A DNA stretch of 64,000 bases, from positions 124,001 to 188,000 of the forward strand of contig NIVC01001189.1 of the NCBI GenBank assembly GCA_002269645.1. The letters run 5' to 3'. Below, in pieces: positions 55,217 to 64,000 of this stretch. Position numbers and translations under genes: made by a program. This DNA is from Macrostomum lignano (Eukaryota). The notes under the pieces are model-generated. The model saw only the letters and a list, made by a program, of their open reading frames with translations, was not told the origin of the DNA and ran no database searches. Position 1 is the first letter of the stretch. The number at the start of each line of letters is the position of its first letter.

Positions 55217-55624
55217 ATGAAATTCGCATCATTTCGTGCAGTTGGTCTTGCTGGCTGCTGCTTGACCTGCCTGCACAGATGGCAGAGAGCTCTGGCTGCT
55301 GCCGGTATCGAGTCCATCAATTCGACCCTGAATGCGTCAGGCAACTGGAGTGTCGACGGCGTCGGAGACAGCGAAATTGACGAGCACAATCATCCACCAT
55401 CTTCGTCCAGATACCGATCGGCATTTGTTCTCATAGTCAGTCTGAGCGCGATGTGCCTTCTGGCGATGGGCTTCCTGGCCTACGGCCTGTTCTCCCGCGC
55501 CGAGGCCATCAAAGATGACGACGCTGCGGCCGAGATGGACTTGGATCAGGCCATGTTCGGAGGCCTGCACGACGGAGTTGGCGGCGGCGGCGGCGGCGGC
55601 GGTGACGGAGGTTTTGGCGACTGA
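55217..55624 (+). CDS. Small predicted single-pass membrane protein of unknown function, 135 aa
   Basis: GC-rich ORF in AT-rich context; hydrophobic N-terminus, N-glycosylation sequons NST/NAS/NWS, TM segment AFVLIVSLSAMCLLAMGFLAYGLF, acidic/Gly-rich tail. Confidence 0.6.
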   Translation: MKFASFRAVGLAGCCLTCLHRWQRALAAAGIESINSTLNASGNWSVDGVGDSEIDEHNHPPSSSRYRSAFVLIVSLSAMCLLAMGFLAYGLFSRAEAIKDDDAAAEMDLDQAMFGGLHDGVGGGGGGGGDGGFGD

Positions 55625-56669
55625 TTTTTCGCCGAAATGTTTCTACTGCCTGTTACTGTGCTGTTTTACTTGGGCCAATTTAACCAATACTTTCAATTGA
55701 AACGGATTCACTTGTCTACCAGAGACCGTGTTGCTATGGTGGTAGTTAGTTCCGATGAACTCTGAGCCAGTTGGTTCGACGACTTAAGTATTGTTTAAGT
55801 AAGTAGTCCTTGCCCTGAGCACGCAAACGCACAGACAGGCACACACTCTCAGGATGTACAGCGGTCCTGACTTGTCTTTACGGGTAATTGTTACTCTGCA
55901 TACCCCTCGTGGTAATGGTGAGAGTTTAGGACCAAAATGTTACTAATTGCAAAACTGCTATATGCTTTAAGTTTCTGGTAAAAAAAACTAGTGGACGTGA
56001 GACAGACTATTAGGTTGAAACTGAAGTAAATATTCTTACAGCTTGTCAGATCTTGCGACTCTTTGTCGAAAAAAGGAAGCCCATTTGGCTCGTTAGTCCA
56101 AATTTGATTTCTCTCTGCATGTGCTCCCTCTACAGGTTACTGATGATCCCCTGCCTCTATCTGTTAGCATGCTTTTTGTATTTGAACTATGCTGATTAAC
56201 TCTCTCTTGCGAATACCTTTATTTGCCGAGTACACACCACCAATGCTGATGCTAATATTGAGGTTTTTTATTTCGCAAATAGGAATTACGCGCAAACTGT
56301 GTGCGTCAAAGTTCGCGCAGTAAATACCGTTTTTCGATTCGCGTGAAGCCAATCTTCCTTCGCAAATATACAGTATAAATGCCTTCGTGGTTGTAAATAA
56401 CGTACGAGTATATGGCTGCTGTCTATCTGAAGTGCTGCCGGCCACAAATCGATCAGCATCAGGTTCTGTTCAGGTCTGTTTGACCGGATTGTCACTGCAG
56501 GTTTACTGCAGTCTCTGACTCATCAATGCAGTTCCACTATACGGTTCGGTTGCGCTGATGGATTGAGGGCGCAGTAACAATCCGATAGTTAAACTGTGGA
56601 CGAATCGTGCGCGGTCCGTGCTCCCGCAGGATATTGCCAGCAGCCAGGCCTCTAAAGCACTAGCCAGTC

Positions 56670-56704
56670 CAGGGAATATTCTACTCTATGTAGAGTATTC
56701 CCTG
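56670..56704. mobile_element. 35-bp hairpin insertion with CAGGG termini and 7-bp TSD
   Basis: cagggaatattctac-tctat-gtagagtattccctg flanked by gccagtc on both sides. Confidence 0.75.
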
Positions 56705-58867
56705 GCCAGTCCCTCTATCTAGATCGGGGGCAGAACAGGAAATGTAACTTCCGCAAAAGCAAATTTGCATTAGATTTTGCTGCGAACGGGAAAATAACAG
56801 AAGGTTAGGACTCGTTGAATCACTTTAGTCCGCTGAGACCATCTGCTGGCTCCCAAAAGGCGAGCCATATTTGAATTTTCTAGTAAACCAGCTGCAGATT
56901 GCGGGGGCGGGTTTTACCTAAAAATGCTGGATTCTTCGTCTATTCGTCTATGGATATTCGTCTATTTAAGGGTCCGCTTCTCCCGTGTTTTCCCATGGAA
57001 GCCCAGAAGCATCGGTGATGAGCAGTACATACGCGTACTTCTTTAAACTTTGCCAAATTTGGCTAAGCATAAACAGATCTGTATATGGATTCTCAACGTT
57101 GACAAAGGAAGATTTGAAGCCTAGCCTAGTGAGGGATGCGTGGAATCAATACACATAAAATTTGGGCTGGGCACGCAGCTCAGATCGGAGAAGGATGCGT
57201 TGTTTGTTGATTAAGATGTTTGCAATCAATATTTCAGCCGGGGCTTGATGTAGACTGTCGCTCTGAGCGGGCGGGCGGCTATTGCAGCCCCATGCTGCAG
57301 CAGAATCTAAGCTATTACGAGTATAAGCTGCGAATAAGCGAGGCGAACACGCGCCCAGGTGACTCCACACGCGTAAATGCTGGGGGAATGTGTTTAGGCC
57401 ACGCGAAATATAATCCAGACAGGTAGAGAGGAGGGCCTTTCAAGAGGCAGACAGACAAAGGGAATGGAAATAGAATAGGTCTCGTCACATTTTCTCTGCA
57501 AACCGGATAGAACTAATGGAGAGAAAAGGGATTACGAAGCTTATATAATATGCCTATGTATAGATACTCTTATGCAGCTGCGTATATATACTGCATGCGG
57601 ACTGCATTGGGTCTCAATATGGACGACTACATGCATGCAATCAATTTTAGAGTTATTTACATTTTGCAAAATCCCGAGATGATGTGCGCAAATAGGGAAT
57701 TATGTCCCTGTATTATTGTTTCATGACGCAAATTCTAGTTTTTTATGAGATTACACCGTTTACATGTATTCGCCATTGACTGAATTACATATAAATTGTC
57801 AAATTATATTAGCGAAATAGAATTATGAAGCCGAAAAAATGGAGTGCGTCCGAGTGCCACTTCAATCATCCGAGATGCGTGCATGACAACCGAAAATAAT
57901 TCCAACGAAAGGCATCTCCAACGAAGCATCAAATTATAAAACATGCAAAATGCTATTGCAAACACAGCTCTGAATTTTGTGTTCGCTTCTAAAAATGATC
58001 AATAATAGATCGTCCATCGCTGCTTCAATAAGCCTCAGCTTCCAGAATTGACTCAGCCAGTCAGTTCGTGGATACAATCTGGGGTAATTACGTAGATTGG
58101 ATAGAAAATTCGCCTCAATCGAATAAATATTTACACTTGAATAGAAATGGCCTTCGCGCATCACCACAGCGTAAGATGAGTAAACGTAAAGACGTAAAGC
58201 ATATGTATCACCATATAGGCTTGGGTGTACTTCTGTGCAAACAAAGCATTTTGTTAATTCGCAGGAGGGCGTCGAAGTAACGGAATGCAAGTAATGAGAC
58301 CTGTGATGCACGTAATGGGCACCAGCTTGTAATTCACGCCAGTTTAGAAAATGATGCAGCTGTCAGCACGTACGGCCCGGTTCTATCTTAGTTAATCACC
58401 GCAAAAATACGACCATATAATGGGCTGTGTGAAATTCGATCCCATTTTTGCGCTGCAAGCCATTCAATTTTTAATGAACCCGGCCGCTGACGGATGTGAG
58501 ACATATGGGTAAAGAAAACACGGGTACAGTAACTATAGTATTAAATATTTAGTAATTATGCTCGCTTGCGTTCGGTTTCGCTTAACTGAAAGGCTTACTC
58601 CATAGCACATCGTTGTACTTTTACAGGCATATATAAGCGTAGTACCTCATACGCGTACGTAAAAGTCATTTCGAAAGTGAAACGCAAGGGATACGAGCAC
58701 ACGGATACACACGGACCTACCTATACTTTTGGGTATGTAAAAATTGAAGACTTTTGAACATTATATGCTGCATGCTACACATATTGCTCAACTACTGCAG
58801 CGCCAGATACTACGAGGGGTGTCCCAGAAGTATGTGTCACTTTTGCTTGCTTCCACAAGTATATATA

Positions 58868-59481
58868 CCTTTTCAAGCTGGACTTTGGCAAAAGTGACTT
58901 CAATTTTGGCAGCCCATAGAAAAAGCATACGCCTGCCAGCAACATGTCTATGGTCAACTGTGGTAGAATCGGTTAGAGCGTGCATTCAACTTTGGCAAAA
59001 GTGAGCGAATTTTGGCAACTCAACCGAACAAGATGCCGAACGCGCGTATATCGCTGCAGGATCGAGAACGGCTGGTGCGCAGCTACCAAGAAGGAAGAGA
59101 CTGGAGACGACTGGCGAAGGACCTCGACATAAAGAGAACCACGGCCGACACAATTATCCACAGGTTTGTCACTGAAGATCGCGTTGCGCTGAAGCAACGA
59201 GGAGGAAGCCGTGAGGCCAAAATTTACACCACCAATGTTAAATGCTGTGACTCGGTTTGTTGAAGAGAAGCCCACCATAAGGTTGAGGGAGATAAAGGAG
59301 AAGATGGAAGCCGAACTTCCAGGCGCACCTGGCGTGTCGGTGCAGGCAATCAGCCTGGTTGAATGCACGCTCTAACCGATTCTACCACAGTTGACCATAG
59401 ACATGTTGCTGGCAGGCTTATGCTTTTTCTATGGGCTGCCAAAATTGAATTGTCACTTTTGCCAAAGTCGAGCTTGAAAGG
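58868..59481 (+). mobile_element. Internally deleted Tc1/mariner-type element, ~123-bp TIRs, TA TSD, N-terminal HTH fragment
   Basis: TIRs 58868-58990 / 59358-59481; fragment from 59033 MPNARISLQDRERLVRSYQEGRDWRRLAKDLDIKRTTADTIIHRF..GGSREAK, frameshift, ..VEEKPTIRLREIKE. Confidence 0.85.
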
Positions 59482-62129
59482 TAAATATTAATGTGTGTTA
59501 AAAAATCATATGCCTTAAAAGTCAGCGGCTTATTTTAACTTTCATGCCATGAAAGTCCGATTTTTATAAGTGCTTCCTGCTGTAAGCAGCATGCATTTGT
59601 TTGCATACCCTTAGCCATAGAAATACGCACCACATAGTACTTCTATGCTCACTCAGAAGAAAGCCACAAGTAGAGCTGCTCAAGCACAGAGTTGCAAGAC
59701 AGCAGCTGCAAGATCTGTTCCAGTCATGGACCAGATACCCTTGTGACGTTTGAATGCCGACAAATTTTTTTTGGAGTCGAGGTAATGAATTTTTCATAAG
59801 ATATTCAAGATTTGTCGACCAGCCGGACTAAATTCAAGTCGTAACAAAACTGGTTTCGGTTGTCCAGGTGGGCATTCGCATAACCATACAAATAGAATTT
59901 TACAAGTGCAGTTTTTAAAAATGTGATATTTATAATTAACCACAGCCGGTGTTCTATTTTTGAGAAAATACAAATGTTTTAACAAATACAGTTTACTAAA
60001 TAAGATTTCTATCGACAGTTAAAAGGTATGATAAGATGATAAGATGTAGATTCTAAAATATTTGCAGTGAGATAATTGATAATAGCATTCTGTTAATTTT
60101 TTATTGAGTTTTAAACATGACTTTCTTGCGTTTACTTAGCCAGCCCCTTTTTTTGTCGCGCCGCCCGGGCCCCGCCCGCCACCCGACGACAACCGGCTAG
60201 CCGGGCCAAAAGCTTACAAAATCATCGGGCTAACCGGCAGGAAAGCGCGCTCTCGAGCTCTCGCTTCTCCCGGCTAGAGGGCCCAAAGCGCGCTCCCATA
60301 CAATCAAATGGGCGCCCGCAGGCACGTTAGCTGGCTAGTTTTTAAATGATTCTGTTCTGGTTAAATAACTATTAAGGTAAAATACTGAAATATTAGTAAC
60401 TAGTAAAGTAGTAATTAATTATATTTCAAAAGGAATGGCATCAACTGACGAGCGACAACCGTTGTTATTGTTGAGATTTAGGATCTTTTCATACATGGAT
60501 CGATTGATTAGATGTTTAAATTGATATTTTAATACTAAGTATGCTAGATTCATGTATGATATACTAGATACAATTTATACTCGTAATGACTTAATATTGT
60601 ACATTTTAAAAAATCTGTTTCCCAATTTTCAATGACTTGGACATGTTTTCTAAAAAGAGGTCATTTAATTTTAATTTAACGACTAATGACAATTTCTTAT
60701 TTTCCTACAAATACTCTTTGAGAGACAAAGAGACAGATAAAATGCAATTTATTAATAGAATAGCATCGCAAAATTTGCAGTCATGACTGATTACTTAAGC
60801 TTAGCTGAATGCTGTAGATCATATAAAAATGAAAAGAAAATTTTTTTATTTTTTTAATTTATGTAGGCTAGTCATTTGAAGTGGGGCAGAGGAAGTTTTT
60901 TTTGGAAGTGGGTTGAATTATAATTTGTTGCTATCACTAATGGGGTGGGGTGGATTCCACGTTGAAATGCTATTGGCATTGAGTTTGCACAAATAAATCT
61001 GGAAATCGTGTGCAGACAAATCACAATGCGTTATTTCCTCCTGTTTTACTCCAACAGCCAGGTCCTCAATTCCAGGGGGAGGGTAGTTGCAATTGTAGTT
61101 GAGCAGTCTTATGCAGGCATAGTCATTCAGACTTTAGACTCAATAGTCTAGATACCATAATTTTCTTTCTGAGTTTCTGAACTGATTACTGTCAATAGAG
61201 TAGTGCTGCCACCACTGTAATTTCGTATTACGGAACGTAAAGATCTCAGAGCTCATTTGGAGTTGAGATTAATTCTGTTGTTTAATGCCTTACAGGCAAA
61301 TAACTCAAGTTAAACTGTTAAGGGCTTTGTTTAATTAATGAACTTATTAATTAATAGTAGGCAATTATTATTATTTTTATTTTTATTGTTACAAATAAGA
61401 GATCACGGTGGAGCCGGGTGCCAACGACAACTATTTAGTCAATGACACTAAACAATTTAATAAAAGCACACAAAGAAAGTAGATAAGCAAGCGGGAGCGA
61501 GTAAGAGAAGGAAAGCAAGAGCAAAGCATAGGAAGAAAATTGGTGGCTTAAATTAGCCTTATAAAAGTAAAACTATGCCGTCCAGCGAGGGATAGGGCAG
61601 CAGATGGGGCAGAATGGCAAGGGATGGGGCAACAGATAGGGCAACAGACGACACTATTAATGCAAACAGAGAATAACAAAAAATTAAACCACAGCATCTC
61701 ACATACATGTGCAACTTCTGAAATTACGCTGGCCGTGCGACTTAGTTTTCGATAAAAAATGTGACTTACCTATGAAAGAGCCAAGCAAAAACTTTAGGTA
61801 AACGGCAGGAGTAACTATGACCATGTTTTTAAAGCTAAATGCCTCGCCAGCTAATTAGTGCTGCGTGCAGATTCCGCGTTTTTATAACAGCTAATCAGTG
61901 TCATCTAGTGGCGGCATGAAGCAATTAGTAAATTGTCAGTACAGTGTAGTGAGCATACTACAAAAGTCATGATTCATGAATGTCCAGAAGTAAGTGAAGT
62001 GAATACAGTGTGACCTATAGCTCAAGAACGATTTGCTAGACGATTTGGCATGGAAGATGAGAGCCCTGATTCAGATGGCTCATCAGATGCAGAATACGAA
62101 TCCAGTAGAGATACAAGCTGTGAAAACCC

Positions 62130-62750
62130 ACAGATTTTTAAACCACTGAATTCTAATTCCCGGAACTATTTTTGCATAGATTCTAAATTTGAAGTCATGC
62201 TCAAACAAAAACTTGTTAACAGTTAGGAAAAAGGCAAATATGGGAGTAATGCATGTTAAACTAAGATTTGAGGCCTTTGCAAATTCTCTCCATTCCTCAA
62301 TCTTCTCATCCTCTTTTTCTTTTCTCTCTCATCCCTTATCCCTTCTCTCTTTCCTCTCCTCTCTCCTCTCTTTCCTCTCCTCTCCTATCTCTTCTGTCTC
62401 CTCTCTACATTCTTATCTCTCCTCTCGTCTCTCCATTCCACTCTACTCTCTCATCTTATCTTCCCTCTCGTCTCTCTCCACTCTACTCTCTCATCTTATC
62501 TCTCGTCTCTTTTCTACTCTCTCATCTCTCCTCTCTTCACTCTCCTCTCATCTCCTCTTTATCCTCTCTTCTCTCATCTACTCTCTCCTCTTTCCTCTTT
62601 CCTCTCTTCTGATCTCATCCATCATCTTTTCTTTCCTCTTTCCTCTCATCTCCTCTTCTCTCTCATCTCTTTTTCCTCCCTCAGCTTTTCTCTCCTCTTC
62701 TATCTTTTCTCCCATCGCATCGCTCGCCTCTCCTCTGTTTGCTTATCTCT
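62130..62750 (+). repeat. Dispersed repeat with CT-rich tract (homologous to 4545-5075, opposite orientation); followed by an AG-rich tract at 62800-62960
   Basis: See 4545-5075. Confidence 0.75.
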
Positions 62751-63224
62751 AATCTTCTATTCCCTCTACTTTGAAGTAAGAAATTATGCACATATTTTTG
62801 CTGAAGATAAGAGAGAAGAGGGCATTGAGGAGAAAGGGTAGAGAGAAAGGGGGAGAAGAGAGGAGAGTAAAAATGAGAGGAGAGAGATGAGAGAAGAGGG
62901 AAAAGGGGGAGAGAGAGAAGAGGGGAGGCAAGGTAGAGAAGAAGAGAGAGATGAGAGTTGAAGAGACACCAACCTTGCTGGTTAGGAAGTTTCAAAGAAC
63001 CCGAGGGGCGAGGGCCAGATAGAGGGGCTTCGCGAGCCGGAGTTTGCCAACCCCTGCTCCAGAGTTTGAGAAATCAATGGGAAACTGTTGACGCAGGCTT
63101 CTGATTTCAAAGATCTTGTCTGTGGTTGAAGGCTTCTATTCTGTTTTTGCTCTCCTGCCAAACTTGCACCTACTACCCCCTGATTGCCTCTGATTGTGAC
63201 TTACTTCCCTCTTATTGCGACTTA

Positions 63225-63690
63225 GTTGCTTCTTTTTGCGACTTACCTAATCCTTTTTGCGACTTACCTAATCCTTTTTGCGACTTACCTAATCCTTTTT
63301 GCGACTTACCTAACCCTTTTGCAACTAAAAGACTTACCTAATCCTTTTTGCGACTTACCTAACCCTTTTGCGACTTACCTAATCCTTTTTGCGACTTACC
63401 TAATCCTTTTGCGACTTACCTAATCCTTTTTGCGACTTACCTAATCCTTTTGCAACTTACCTAATCCTTTTGCGACTTAGCTGATCCTTTTTGCGACTTA
63501 CCTAATCCTTTTTGCGACTTACCTAATCCTTTTGCGACTTACCTATCCTTTTTGCGACTTACCTAATCCTTTTTGCGACTTACCTAACCCTTTTGCGACT
63601 TACCTAACCCTTTTGCGACTTACCTAATCCTTTTTGCGACTTACCTAACCCTTTTGCGACTTACCTGATCCTTTTTGCGACTTACCTGAT
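63225..63690 (+). repeat. 20-21-bp minisatellite containing GACTTACCT
   Basis: Unit ttttgcgacttacctaatcc(t), about 22 copies. Confidence 0.95.
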
Positions 63691-64000
63691 TATTTTTACA
63701 ACTTAGTTTGCTTCTTTTGCGAATTGTTTTTTTTTGCTTCACCATTTTCCCTGAACTGCTATTTCTTTCGCTTTCCTCTTGCCTTTCTTGGTTCTTGTGT
63801 TTTTCTGTTTTTGGTTGACTCAATTTTGCGACTTACCCCTGGTCAGCCACGATTTACGGTGGCCGGATCGGCCAGGTCGGCCAGCAGTTGTGCATGTATG
63901 GCATCTCACTCTTGCAAAACAATATAATAGATATACATGCCATAGTCCGGATCATGGCAGGCATACACTGGAATGAAAATTCATGTTTTTTCAATTTTAC

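Noticed and set aside
56136-56198. C/D-box snoRNA-like TGATGA...CTGA
   Set aside because: No convincing terminal stem or rRNA-complementary guide identified
60135-60340. GC-rich hairpin-rich island with short tagccagc inverted ends
   Set aside because: Only 8-bp TIR similarity; no TSD, and no RNA family recognised
60930-61270. Possible decayed LINE RT C-terminus
   Set aside because: Too many stops; resemblance too weak to support
63040-63056. hAT-like terminus gtttgccaacccctg
   Set aside because: No partner TIR or TSD located

Overview
Eukaryotic, intron- and minisatellite-rich animal DNA. The style (GC-rich exons, dense minisatellites, P-like/THAP MITEs, a Penelope element) suggests a flatworm such as Macrostomum; this is inference only. 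No prokaryotic features or CRISPR arrays. The left half (about 1-28 kb, minus strand) is the 5' part of a PDE4/dunce cAMP phosphodiesterase gene. Its UCR1 exon (3508-3672, QRRESFLYRSDSD) is preceded by at least eight short ATG-initiated ORFs. Each ends at a GT donor in the exact phase (2) needed to join that exon, so they look like an array of alternative first exons, and several carry RRHS/T PKA-type motifs. The right half holds four things: a frameshifted Penelope-like retroelement (RT + GIY-YIG, hammerhead ribozyme) inside a (CT)n microsatellite; a 4-exon Src-family kinase lacking the activation-loop tyrosine; two intronless tandem hexokinases sharing a near-identical 1.15 kb core; and a small predicted type-I membrane protein. 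Also present are P-like, Tc1-like, Gypsy, SINE and possibly MULE relics, including several 20-35 bp palindromic or TIR-only insertions with 7-8 bp target-site duplications. All splice models were derived by eye.
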